Assembly: GCF_035084215.1 (NCBI RefSeq)
Contig: NC_090328.1
Coordinates: 30,442,001 to 30,506,000, forward strand
DNA: 64,000 nucleotides
Origin: Heptranchias perlo
Lineage: Eukaryota
Reading direction: 5' to 3'
Positions 12,206 through 24,598 of this stretch are shown here, piece by piece; within the stretch, counting starts at the first letter, position 1, and every line of letters begins with the position of its first letter. Made by a program: the position numbers and the translations under genes. A model generated the notes under the pieces. That model was not told the origin of the DNA. It ran no database searches and saw only the letters and a program-made list of their open reading frames with translations.

Positions 12206-14940
12206 TAATAGTTTAAGAGGCACCTTTGAAACTGATGCTTATCGTAATGGAAAATGGTTAGCACCATTTGCCCAATATAGGCGGCTTTCCAGGATAAGTG
12301 GGGACTGTAAGTGGGCAGTCATTTATGGCCAAACAGCGATAACCATTAATAATTTGCATTAACATCAATTGCAAGGTTGCCGGTTATAGCGTCTTAAGTG
12401 CTCTGTTTATTTTGGGCAGAAACAGCTGTGCTTAGTGATATTGTGTGAGTGAAGTACACATGAAAATATATATCAATTTTCTCCATTTTATATATACACA
12501 AAAATAGTGAGGGAAGTACACAGGGTAAACACTATACTGTTTTTGCAGCACCCTATCTGTAATATGCTGGAAAATTAATAGTGCTAAAAAAAACCTACAC
12601 AATCTACTGAAGCTCTGGTTTCTATTCTGACGCCATTGGTGATGTAATTCAGTTCCTCCACCCTGGTGAACGACCTGCTTGTCACAATTCAGATTATGAA
12701 GCACCACTGTTTATTATCCGTTGCTGTTTAGTATTGAGTTATGCTACGACAAAAGGATAGTGAGGCATTAAGAGACAGGTCCTTAAGTGCTAGAGAGCAA
12801 GAACTCCAGATGAGAAGGGGGAAAGCTGGAAAAGATTGAAATAAGTCTGTCCTTGGTCAGGTCTAGGGTCCGACATTAAGGAGGTTCATTCAGATAGTGC
12901 TTCAGGGAGCTGCAAATGCTGATGAGCGACAACATATGTCTACAGTGCTACTACGTTATACTGGCAATTGCGTTTGCACGAACACACCTGATATAAGCGG
13001 TGGGGCTTGTACTATACTCCATACGTACATTTGTGCAACATTTTTCTAATTTCTAGGTATGGTTGCTCTCTGAAAATTCATGGGGTGCCACGATATACCA
13101 AACAAGTAAGTTGAATCGGATTGGAAATATTTATTATGGTTTGAGTTGTGGGAAAATAAACTTTGTATTAAAATTTGAGGACATTTAGTTTTTGGAATCT
13201 TGGTGCATTTAATCTGGACCTCTGTTTGGGAACTCCTGATTTTTAAGCTCCAATAGTTAGATTTTAATGAGGTGCTGGAGACCCTCCAAGCACTAGCTAG
13301 TTTGATGCATACATCCAAAATGCATTTCCAAAGTATACATACTGTTATGGAAAACTGTTGGACATTGGTCTCTTGAATCTTTTCTCCTGTCGTGTTTTCC
13401 ATGTTAGTGTTATGAACAAGTTTTTTTTCATTACCCCCCATTATAAAGTTATTAGGAGAAATTTCAACCACATGTAGAATGTTCCACAATTATCTCCATA
13501 AGGGTATGAATTTGCAATGATGATGCACAGCAGAACAAAAACTGATCCTCTGTTCAAAAGCACATATAATGGATGCTAGGGATTACAAGCCTATGTAAAG
13601 GGCATATGTTGGAGATTCATGGACTGATAACTTCTGAATGACAGTCATTACATCCCATTGTAGCTCTGACTATAACTTGTTAAAGTGTACCTTGCAAGTC
13701 TTCATGCATTCTTATTTATACCACACATTAGATAGGATTGTGTTGAATTTAAATACAAGCTATATTCAGATTGCAGACATCACTTTTTTTTCTAATTATG
13801 ACATTTCCACAAAATGTGAACAGGTTTTCGAAATGTCATTTTATATGGTTTTTCAAATCTCTCCAACAATAAGTCTGAACTCTATCTGTTATTTCCTTGA
13901 TAACGCACTCTCTGGTATTTGTACTCTGTAAATCAAAACCTTTTTGGTCATTATCTGTAGTATTTTTGCATTCACCCATAGGTTGCTGTAGGGTTTATGC
14001 AACCTTTCATCGGACATTCTTCAATTTTTGGCCCTAGCATAGTGCTCTGTGCATTCCATCATGAAATCAGGAGAGAGCGGTATACTTAGTTGTCTTATAT
14101 GGTAATAAACTTTTATGTGGACCAAACAAAACCAGAGTGAACTGGACAATATCTAATCATTAGCAGTTAAACAGATATAATTGCTAACTGTGTTCAGATG
14201 ATGACCAGTTACAGCTTCAGTTTTACTGACCAGTATTAAAGTGAGTGGATAAGAAAAAAAAATGTCTAAAGAAACAAATTAAAAGGGGAGAATTTTGAAT
14301 TCAGTGGAAAAAGTTTGCAAGTGAACTGATGAAGAATCTCAAAAGACTATATTTAGCAAGGATGTAATCAGAGACTTGAAGGCACTTTTTTTGTTTTTAA
14401 TGCCTGATATGAGACCTAGTTTATAAAATAAGCATATAAGCTATCAGTCTTTAAGATCCTACTGGACTTTGCATGAAAAGAAGGGCCTTAACATATTGCC
14501 CCTTTTTTTTTGCCCTTCCCCTCATTTACAATTTTCACACAATGATGAACAGTCATGAAATCAATCCACAAAGCACCAATAAAAATTCCAGAATACTGTT
14601 TAATACAAATGAAATTTCAATTGGTCACTAAATCAGTGGCCTTGATGTGTGTGGAACTGGAGTTATTGTGTTCTGAAAATCAGAGTAGGTGGCATTATGA
14701 TTTTTCCCATTTTAGATAGGTGTTGTACCCTTAAGGATTAGGTATTCAAAGAATTGCTTAAAATTAAGGTATTATGTTATGCATCAGTCAAGTTATAAGC
14801 GAGTGACCAAAATTGAACTCTCAAATTTGATGACTACGTATAGTGACTTCCTAGTCAACAGCTTACTGAGGTACAGTAATTACATTACAGGATGATTGAC
14901 CAGATGTATTTGATGTGCCGTGACACCAACTGATGACCAT

Positions 14941-15083
14941 GAGTGGAACTTTCAACTTTGGCAAGAGCGTAAATCGGGCGGTAGCGATGTCTGCCCGTTA
15001 TGGAAAGGAATATGCGGCATGTATAATGGGTCCTATCTGCTACCACCCTTTTTACACTCCAGCCAAAGTTGTAAGTTCCAATC
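14941..15083. mobile_element. Short imperfect fold-back element (MITE-like)
   Basis: Left end GAGTGGAACTTTCAACTTTGGC versus reverse complement of right end GATTGGAACTTACAACTTTGGC; pairing continues inward. Confidence 0.65.
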
Positions 15084-15495
15084 TATGTAAATAAAGTGCA
15101 TATGATGGTAATGTTGGATTGGCATATCTAGTTTTGAAATGTGTAAGAAATTATACCACCTGAGACCAAAACCGACTCCTAGAAAATAAGTTGCCTGAGG
15201 GAAGCTTTTCTTTATTATGACAAGATCCCTCAGGTGTCAAAACTTGAAATATTTTGGCTTCAAAAAGTGTCTCTGAAAAGATTAAAATGTACTGAAACTG
15301 CACAACGTAAAAATGAGTGTGGTTGGGATTGGCCTGCAGTATTTAAAGGTCATTCTGCTGTGAATCTTTTCTATCCTGTGTGCATCAGATGTAGTTAATT
15401 TGAAGGAATAGGATTCAAAAATAAGTGCTAAGTATGTTTCTTTATTTCTCCTTCCCTCTTTTCTCCCCTCCCCCCCCCCCAACCCACCTTGTAAG

Positions 15496-15643
15496 GATGA
15501 GTATGAAGAGCTCCTACGTTATGCAGTAGTAACTCCAAAGTGGGATTCTGGTGTCCTCGGACAGTCACATTGCGAGACAAAACTTGCAACAGACGGCCAA
15601 GATTCAAGTCCAATGGAAGGTGACCAATCTCAGCATTTTACAG
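15496..15643 (+). CDS. POC5: POC5 coding exon 2 (DEYEELLRYAVVTPKWDSG...QHFT, phase 0-1)
   Basis: Long pyrimidine/C tract then aag| acceptor; donor ACAG|gtgaag; 148 nt; EYEELL.YA.VTP is the POC5 motif that follows exon 1. Confidence 0.92.
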
Positions 15644-15879
15644 GTGAAGCCCTGACCTGCTCCAAACAAAATTCTGGTAGTGCAAATATGATCCCATGCT
15701 TTCCAAAGTTCCCTTTAAAACTGCACAAACTAAAGAAAATTAAACTTTCTATATTACAAATTTTAGTCTTACTCTTTTTTAATAACCACTCTTTAAAAAC
15801 TTGTTAAGTCATTGATTAGGTTTCATTTGATCAGAAATCTACATTCTTAATTCATTCAACCTTCACAAAGTCATAAAGG

Positions 15880-16318
15880 TGTCAGCCTTGGCTCAGTGGT
15901 AACACACTCTCATCTGAGTCAGAAGGTTGTGGGTTCAAGCCTCACCAAAGACTAGAGTATATAATCTAGGCTGACACTCCAGTGCTGCACTGTTGGAGGT
16001 GCCATTTTTGGGATGAGACATTAAACTGAGGCTCCATCTGCTCTGAGGTGGATGTAAGAGATCCCATGGCACTATTTGAAGAGCAGGGGAGATTGCCTGT
16101 GTCCTGGCTAATATTTCTTCCTCAGCCAACATTACTTAAAACAGATTATCTGGTCATTTATCTCATTGCTGTTTGTGGGACCTTGCTCTGCACAATTTGG
16201 CTGCTACGTTTCCCTACGTTACAACGGCAACTACACTTCAAAAGTAATTCATTGGCTGCAAAGTGCTATGGGATGTCCTGAAATCGTGAAAGATGCTATA
16301 TAAATGCAAGTTCTTTCT
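15880..16318 (+). mobile_element. Near full-length tRNA-derived Deu-domain SINE (SacSINE1/AmnSINE1-like)
   Basis: A-box TGGCTCAGTGG, B-box GGTTCAAGCC, Deu core, L2-like tail GCTATATAAATGCAAG. Confidence 0.88.
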
Positions 16319-16756
16319 GTCGCATAATGTACAATGAGAAATCTTGACTTTAAGGGAGAGGAGAAATTACCTAGGGAGCTCTGTCCTTTTAAGAAATATT
16401 CCTGCTTGTGCAGTTACTTTTGACAGCTCTTGGAGCTTCCCTTTGTTGGGCAAAGGATATTCTCCAATGATCAAGTTCAAGAAATCCAGCAAAGCCTGAA
16501 AGTTGTATTGACTACGGCTCCTAAACCTTCGATGATTCCTGCTCAATGGTCATCGTCTTCATGAGTTGATTGACTTCATTTTGAGCCCTATGAGGCTTTA
16601 TATAAGTTGGGCAACGAGGGGAAAAATAATCTGCTACCTAAACACCACCTCTCCTTCCCAGTTGGAGACTCCAGTGGGGGTCAGACCGGCAAAAATGGTC
16701 TTGCGTGAGGCATAATTTTATGGAGGGTTTTTCCCTGCATTAGATGAAGTATTCAG

Positions 16757-18177
16757 AAGAACATAAGAAATAAGAGCAGGAGTAGGCCATACGGCCCCTC
16801 GAGCCTACCCCGTCATTCAATCAGATCACGGCTGATCTTCAACCTCAACTCCACTTTCCCACCTGATTCATAAGAGTTCAAAAATCTATCTATCTCAGCC
16901 TTGAATATACTCAACGACTCAGCACCCACAGCCCTCGGGTAGAGAATTCCAAAGATTCGCAACCCTCTGAATGAAGAAATTCCTCCTCTTCTCAGTCTTA
17001 AATGGCTGACCCCTTATCCTGTGACTATGCCCTCTAGTTCTAAACTCTCCAGCCAGGGAAACAACCTCTCGGCATTTATCTTGTTAAGCCGTCTCGGAAT
17101 CTTATGTTTCAATGAGATCACCTCTCATTTTTCTAAACTCCAGGGAGTATAGGTCCATTTTACTCAACCTCTCCTCATAGGACAACCCTCTCATCCCAGG
17201 AATTAATCTAGTGAACCTCCATTACACCGCCTCTAAGGCAAGTATATGCTTCCTTAGATAAGGAGACCAAAACTGTACGCAGTACTCCAGGTGAGGTCTC
17301 ACCAAAGCCCTGTACAATTGTAGTAAGACTTCCTTACTCTTGTAGTCTAACCCCCTTGCAATAAAGACCAACATGCCATTTGCTTTCCTAATTGCCTGCT
17401 GTACCTGCATGCTAACTTTTTGTGTTTCTTGTACCAGGACACTCAAGTCTTTCTGGACACCAATATTTAATAGTTTCTCATCATTTAAAAAATATTCTGT
17501 TTTTCTATTCTTCCTATCAAAGTGAATAACCTCACATTTCCCCACATTATACTCCATTTGCCACCTTCTTGCCCACTCACTTAACCTGTCTATAAACCAT
17601 TTGCAGACTTTGTCCTCCTCACTGCTTATTTTCCCACCTAGCTATGTATCATCAGCAAACTTGGATAAATTACACTTGGTCCCTTCATCCAAGTCACTAA
17701 TCTAGATTGCAAATAGCTGAGGCCCAAGCACTGATCCTTGCAGTACCGCACTCGTTACAGCCTGCCAACTTGAAAATGACCCGTTTATCCCTACACTCTT
17801 TTCTGTTCGTTAACTCTCTCCATGCTAATATGTTACCCTCAACCCTGTGAGCCCTTATCTTGCATAACAGCCTTTTGTTTTGCACCTTATCGAATGCCTT
17901 TTAAAAATTCAAATATACTACATCCACTGGTTCCCCTTTACCTGCTAGTTACATCCTCAAAAAAACTCTAATAAATTTGTCAAACATTATTTCCCTTTCA
18001 TAAAACCATGTTGACTCTGCCTAATCATTTTGATATTCTAAGTGCCCTGTTACTACTTCCTTAATAATAGATTCCAGCGTTTTCCCGACGACTGACGTTA
18101 AGCTAACTGGCCTGTAGTTCCCTATTTTCTCTCTTCCCTCCTTTCTTGAACAGTGGATTACATTTGCTGCCTTCCAG
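16757..18177 (-). mobile_element. CR1 LINE 3' half
   Basis: AAGAACATAAGAA tail; MEYNVGKCEVIHF...LVRPHLEYCVQFWSP; NYRPVSLT near 18100. Confidence 0.9.
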
Positions 18178-18864
18178 TTGTTAATAAAGTTGAACTTCTT
18201 TCAAAGAAGGAAGACTATACCTACAGGAGATAACCTAACATTTCTAAAAGCCAAATATAAATTATCTGAGTTGGAACCTGCTACTCTTATGGATTTTACC
18301 TTTTTACTACATAATGCTATTCTAAATGGCAAATATTTGAGTGTGCACCACAGGAAGTAGTCTGTTATATGAATGAGTTCACTTGCGATATGTAAATCGT
18401 AACGGTCATCTTTAATGCTTGCAGCAACAAGTGAGCTCCCCCTACTGTACCATCGGCATAACTGGGCCCATTTCCTACACATTTATAGCTTCTCATTCAG
18501 AGTTCCCAGTTGTGTGCTGTTTTAACACTATTTATTCAGCATTGAGACTGTCCAAGTTACTTTCACTAATGAACCATAAATGACAAAGATTTTCATACCA
18601 TCAGTCCTTTTGTGTTCTCCTTTAAATAAGCTAAAGCAGCTTATTGGAATTAAGATATCTCTAATTGTCAACCTTATTTTTTATGTCTCGTCTTTAAAGT
18701 CGGATCATAAATCTTTTTTCTTGTTCACACCTGTAACCTAGCTTTTAACTGAAATTTTCCTGTCATAAACTTACGCCTTTAAATATCTTTCTTTATCAAT
18801 GTACTAACCTGTACAAAACCAGGGGAATTTGTGATGCAACACTTGTTTGCATAATTACTCATTT

Positions 18865-20160
18865 ATACAAGCTGGCAAAAGGTGGGCAGTGGTGTTCTAT
18901 AAGGATTGGAGCTGGGACCACTATTGTTCACCATTTACATAAACTAATTGGATTCGGGAATTAGAAGTACAATTTCAAGATTTGAGGAAGTGATCAAATT
19001 GGGGGGTATAGTTAACACTGAGGAGGACTGCAACAAAACATATTGATAACTTGCAGAATGGGCATATAATTGGCAAACTAATTTCAATATAGTTAAATGT
19101 AGGTGGTATATTTTGGTCAGAAGAATGAGGAGGCCACATACTCCTACGAACATATAAAATTGACAGGCAGGAAAAGACCAGCTGGTCCATCAAGCCTGCC
19201 TCAGACCATCATGGCTAAACATGTCTTTCCTCTCACATTTACCCCCACAGTCATGTAATCTCCTGGGAGAAGCAAAAAACATTCAAAACCCATGGCCAAT
19301 AAGGGAAAAGCTGTAAAATTCCTCTCCGACCCCTTCAGGCGATTGAAACCAATCCAGGAGATCACATGGACCAAGTGTTATTAATAGACACTTGCCTTCT
19401 ATGTCCTTGGAAAATAAGAGTCTAAATGGGATAGAGGAGCAGAGGGATCTGTGCGTACAAATACACATCACAAAGTAGCAATGCAGATTAATGAGGCCAT
19501 TTTTTTTCTAGTGGGATAGAATTGAAATGCAGAGAAGTTATGTTAAACTTGTATAGAACTGTAATTGGAGTACTGTGAACAGTTATGATCTGTGTACTAT
19601 AGAAAGGATATAGAGGCATTGGAGACGGTGCAAAAAAGATTTACTAGGATGATACCAGAACTGAGAGTTTATACCTATCAGGAAAGATTGAGCAGGCTGA
19701 GGCTCCTTTATTTTCTCCAGAAAAGACGACCTGATAGAGGTCTTTTAGATTTTGAAAGGGTAGATGTAGAGATGTTTCCACTTGTGGGGGAGACCAGAAC
19801 TAGGGACCATAAATAAAGTACAGTCATTAATAAATCCAATAGGGAATTCAGGAGAAACTTCTTTATCCAGAGTGTGGTTAGAATGTGGAACTTGCTACCA
19901 CGAGGAATAGTTGAGGTGACTAGCATAGATATATTTATGATGTGGAGATGCCGGTGATGGACTGGGGTTAGATATATTTAATATATCTAACTGGGATAGA
20001 TATATTTAAGGGGAAGCTAGATTAAACACATGAGGGAGAAAGGAATAGAAGGATATACTGATGGGGTTAGATGAAATAGGGAGGGAGGAGGCTCATTTGG
20101 ATCATAAACACTGGCATGGACCTGTTGGGCCAAATGGCCTGTTTCTGTGCTGTATATTTA
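18865..20160 (+). mobile_element. Degenerate CR1 3' part with two nested insertions (19148-19410 and 19937-19969)
   Basis: RKDIEALETVQKRFTRMIP; RRNFFIQSVVRMWN; CR1 tail near 20110-20155. Confidence 0.8.
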
Positions 20161-20239
20161 ATTGTCATGACACATGCTGGATTAATTACTGTTGGAACAA
20201 TAACAGCCTGATTACTATTTCACTTCCCAACACCCCCTT

Positions 20240-20460
20240 GCAATTTTTCTGTTACCATTTGTTTTCTGGAAATGGTACCTTCATGTTCAACAGATATTGG
20301 CACCCTGAGCGTGCTGGTGATCATTTTTCATCTAAGTATGTATGGTGCTTATCAGACTGTTCAACCAAGGAAGGCATTGAAGCAAAGCTTGATCCTGGCC
20401 CCTCACAATATCCACATGTGCACAGCTCTAGTAGGAGTCACTGGATAGCGACTGGTTGTA
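20240..20460 (-). mobile_element. LF-SINE-like SINE, degenerate
   Basis: Colinear similarity to 40755-41130 and 41563-41935 (GATCCTGGCCCCTCAC...GTCACTGGATAGCGA). Confidence 0.55.
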
Positions 20461-20489
20461 TTTATCCATCTCTCATGGACATGTTAACA

Positions 20490-20725
20490 ACAATTTGCAT
20501 CTATGTAGCACTTTTAACATAGTAAAACATCCTAAGGCACATCACAGGAGTGTTATCTAGCAAAATTTGATACCACGCCACGTGAGGTATTAGGGACAGA
20601 TGATCAAAAGCTTGGTCAAAGAGGTAAGTTTTAAGGAGCGTCTTAAAGGAGGAGAAGGTAGAGAGGCGGAGGGGTTTAGGGAGGGAATTCCAGAACTTAG
20701 GACCTAGGGAGCTGAAGGCATGGCG
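20490..20725 (-). mobile_element. L2-type LINE 3' end
   Basis: Reverse complement of the tail at 42310-42510. Confidence 0.75.
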
Positions 20726-22338
20726 CAGTGGGGTGGGTAGGAGGAGGGTGGTGTGAGCATAAGCCTAGGCACCGATGTGTTAAGATTCAACACCTTCAAT
20801 TCGGATTGATCAGAAAATGATATTTTCAATTGAGATCATGAAATGACTGCATTACAACTTTAGGGTCTGCCTTAGATATTCTCCTGGGTACAGTTGTGCT
20901 GGTCATACCTATACAGCCAAATATCTAGCTAAGCGTAACCCAGGGGTGTAATAATAGGACACCCTTGTGACCTGAACTTCATATCTTTCTCACGAGTGCT
21001 TCTCCAATCTTTTTGATAGACTTAAATGCTTGGTAAGACAAGGCCACATACAAATTGTTAGACTGCTTTATTTTGCAGATAGCAAGTGAGCATTGAGTAA
21101 TAGTCAAAGCAAATTCTACTTATTTAGCTCAATCTCTCTTCTCTCCTTGAAAATGGGTATAAAGATAATAAACCATATGCCCTCTCTGTCATGACTTGAC
21201 TTACTCAATTATGGCATTAATGTTCTTTCAGACTACTTCTAACTGCAAAAACTGACCCTGCATTTTTAACTTCTAGGTTCAAGCCCAGAGCTCATTGTGT
21301 CTCTCTGTTAATTTTGGCCCGAGAAAGCAGAGGGTTGATGCCACACCAAGGCAGACCTTTGCCAGCAGCCCTGTCAACCAAATTGTTTATCCTCTTTGCC
21401 AGGTGTGTACGCTTCATGGGCACATTATGCCAAGCCCTCATGAATAGAATCGTTCTCATCAAAATGGGTGTGAATATTTGATACCTAAGACAAGATGACT
21501 ACCTTGCTTAATGTCCCTGGTCATCCTGACTTGTCTGGTTTTAATGCACATTTTCCAATGCCTGTGGCCTTTGTGTGAATTTACTTAGAAAGAAAGATCT
21601 TTGAACAAAAAAATGATCAAAATTCAGATTGGAGATTGCAGGCATTGTATGCCCCTACTTGACTGTCTCTAGTGAGTATGCAAATTATTTCACTGTTAAT
21701 TAAGAGTTGTACTTTTGGTGAACTGGATGGAACAGTGGATTATCACATAGGCCTTTCAGCTTTGGTTTAGAATGCAGGCCAGACTGGGTATTTTTTCTCG
21801 CTGTCTATCTGGGTGTATTAATGCCGCAAGTTAGTGCATATCAACACTGCAGTTGCATTGCAGTATAAATGTTCAGGTAGGTCTGTTCCCCTCCCAACCC
21901 ACCCACCGACCGCCCGCACTAGAGGGTGCATGACACTGCATCGAACCTGCCTGCAAATGCTTGATGCCAAAAACAAAGAAGTACCCACTTCCTATCACTA
22001 AGCTCCCGCGCCTTGATGATACAATTGTTTTTAAATTTGAGGTGGGAAAGATGTACCTAATTCAGAGAAATAAGAAAACATTAGTTTTATTTGTTGCACA
22101 GGAACTTGAACAGTACCACTTTACAGTATGATGGATTTGGCCATTTATAAGGAACTATTACTACCAAAGAAAGGCCATCCTTTTTCTGGGGTTCTGCTGG
22201 TATTTTGAAATGAAGCTTTTTTGTTGCATTATACTTGTTACAGTCACTGAAATTTTAGAATCACTTTTCTTACTAAAGAGAAGGCTGGAGCGTGAAAATT
22301 TTCAATGAGAATTAACTGAGGAATTGATATTCAAACAG

Positions 22339-22452
22339 GCACGACTTCAGAAGATAGATGCGAAAGCACTTTAAGGCAGCAGAGTACCGCTGGCACAACC
22401 ACAACAGCTCCTGACAAATCTAATTCAACAACAACAGAAAAGCCACCAGAAG
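22339..22452 (+). CDS. POC5: Probable POC5 coding exon 3 (GTTSEDRCESTLRQQSTAGTTTTAPDKSNSTTTEKPPE, phase 1-1)
   Basis: aaacag| acceptor with a weak pyrimidine tract, GAAG|gtatat donor; 114 nt open in the required phase; low-complexity linker with no recognisable conserved motif. Confidence 0.6.
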
Positions 22453-22575
22453 GTATATACTTGAAAAAGAAGAATTTGGAGGGCAATGGGGAAAGAGCAG
22501 GGGAGTGAGACTAATTGGATAGCTCTTTTAAAGGCTCAGTGGGCTGAATGACCTTTTTTATGCTGTATTGTTCTG
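22453..22575 (+). mobile_element. CR1 3' tail starting at the exon 3 donor
   Basis: TATATACTTGAAAAAGAAGAATTTGG...GGGGAAAGAGCAGGGGAGTG.GACTAATTGGATAGCTCTTT matches tails at 26580-26660 and 37700-37785. Confidence 0.8.
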
Positions 22576-24386
22576 AGGTACAGTACTTGAACTGAAATGT
22601 TTGGCTTGTTTGCACATAAACAGCTAATTTTGGGATGGGGGATTTGAGGCTTGTTTTGCACTCTTCTAAATGAAGACTGTGGAAAAACTAATGAATTTTT
22701 AAATTATTTTGGTTGCTAAGGGCCTTTTTTATAAAAACTTGCACATTTAGGATTGTGTTCATTACAATAATACCTTGCATAAGAAGTTATTTTGATCACA
22801 AACTGCATCATTTAAAAATTCTGAAGCTTGTCACTTGCTATTGTGCAGTTTTTTTTGTAGTCCGTAAATGTCTGGTAGCAACTTGATCAAATGTTAAAAG
22901 CCTTTGAAACCTCATGTCTGTTTATGTACTTACTACCTCGATAATAGACCTGTAAATAGGCATGTTCTTCAAAAATAATTTGTCACTGTTAGTTTATAAG
23001 AGTTTTATTTATTCTACAGTTATGCTGCTCAGGGCTGGCGAAGTGGAGAGTCAGAAAGGTGAGGTCTTATGGCCTCTATAGCCAATCTCATAATGATATA
23101 GCAGTGTGTCATTCAAGTCTGAATGAAAGTACTACAACAATTTCAAAGTGCTTTATTTTAGTTTCAAGAAAACAACAGTATAAAGTACTATTGAAAGTTA
23201 ACTCCATTATTCTTGTATCATGCCAGTACCAGGATGGTAGAAGGCAAACAGTATGGAACTTGGCCTTTTTTAGTTTAGCAATTTCTGCGTTCCTGTGCTC
23301 CTAAAGTTAAATACTGAATACGTTTTATCTAATTTATTTTGGTTCCGTATAAATTTCTTAAAGTACAACTGATATAGTCTGAATTCTCCACCAATCAAAG
23401 CAATCAGGAGAGTTTTGTAGATCTTTACATCTTTATGATGTGTATTTGATAAGGCCATTGTACACCACCTCCACACACAAGATGTATAAGTTTCAGTTCA
23501 TAGGAAGTGCAGGCCTGCTTATGGAAAGTGTATTGTAAGCATGAATAAAATATTTTGGGACTAGCAAGGTTGCAATAGGATAATAGACTTGTTACCAGGG
23601 CAGGCAATTGAAGTAGTCCGTGCCAATTCGTTAAAGAAACCAGATGAAGATTGGTGAGATAGGGTTGAGATCTCAAGTGATGAATGGACTTGTTGGGCCT
23701 AATGACATTTTTCTGTTCTTAAAAACTCTTCTGGTGTCCATGGGGTTGTGATCAACAATAGTGTCATGTTCTCCACTGGTGCATTTGCAGTAAGTCCAAG
23801 TAAAACCATATTACTGCTGTTTCAAATACCTTTTTGTGGAAATTTGAAATTGGTCAAAGCCCAGTTTGACTACTTCATAGGAGTTAATTCAAGTGTAGCA
23901 GAATTGTCTTTTATCTTGGTTTATGATTATCAGCGTTGTATTATGATGTCACTGTTCAGTATCTTACTAATATGAGATATGGCACCTATTATTATGATGT
24001 GTTTATCACTTATGATGTCACTATTTATAAAATACAAATTTATTCAGTGGGATTCTCGAGTTGAGGCATCCCTAATGAAGCTTCTTTTAGTGGGCTGTGT
24101 GCATTACTTAAACTGTACAGTTAGATTATTGCTTCCTAGTGGAAGTGTAGTGACAATCTCAGATAGTAAATAGGATTAAGTGTTATTTGGGAGCTTCAGT
24201 TTTGATAGACCAGCAAAATGGATGGGACATTTTAAGGACTAATACTCATGTATGGCACCCAATTTATTACCCATTTTTATTACTTTAAGTATATTTTTCT
24301 TTGTCAGTTTTGGCAGCGTTAGATATGTTTAGACTATAGTGTCAGTTGAACATTTATAACTTTACTTTTATGCTTCCATTTTGCAG

Positions 24387-24598
24387 GCCAGGAAGTGGCC
24401 CAGAAGACTCCTGTTCCATCTCTCTCAGAAGCAGGTTTGCCTGTAGAACCACTTGCTTTTTCTGAAAGTACCCCATCACGTGTGTCAGTATCCAGCAAAC
24501 TTGATATGTCTGAATCTGTATGTTGCCAGTTACCTATTCCTGCTGAGAATCTGGACAGGGTAGAAAATATTCTCAACATCTCCAGTGACCACCTCAAG
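24387..24598 (+). CDS. POC5: POC5 coding exon 4 (QEVAQKTP...PAENLDRVENILNISSDHLK, phase 1-0)
   Basis: ttttgcag| acceptor, AAG|gtcagt donor; 212 nt; end aligns with recalled human ENLQKMENVLDLWSSGLK. Confidence 0.9.

Noticed and set aside
12210-13030. Slightly CpG-enriched non-LINE stretch
   Set aside because: No TIRs, ORF homology or second copy identified, so no supportable call.
13046-13489. 147-aa minus-strand ORF
   Set aside because: No recognisable domain or splice context; likely a chance ORF or unidentifiable decayed repeat.
15886-15945. tRNA gene
   Set aside because: A and B boxes run straight into a SINE body and no acceptor stem is evident.
21277-21402. AG...GT-bounded segment as a candidate POC5 exon 3
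   Set aside because: TAA appears after 11 codons in the required phase.
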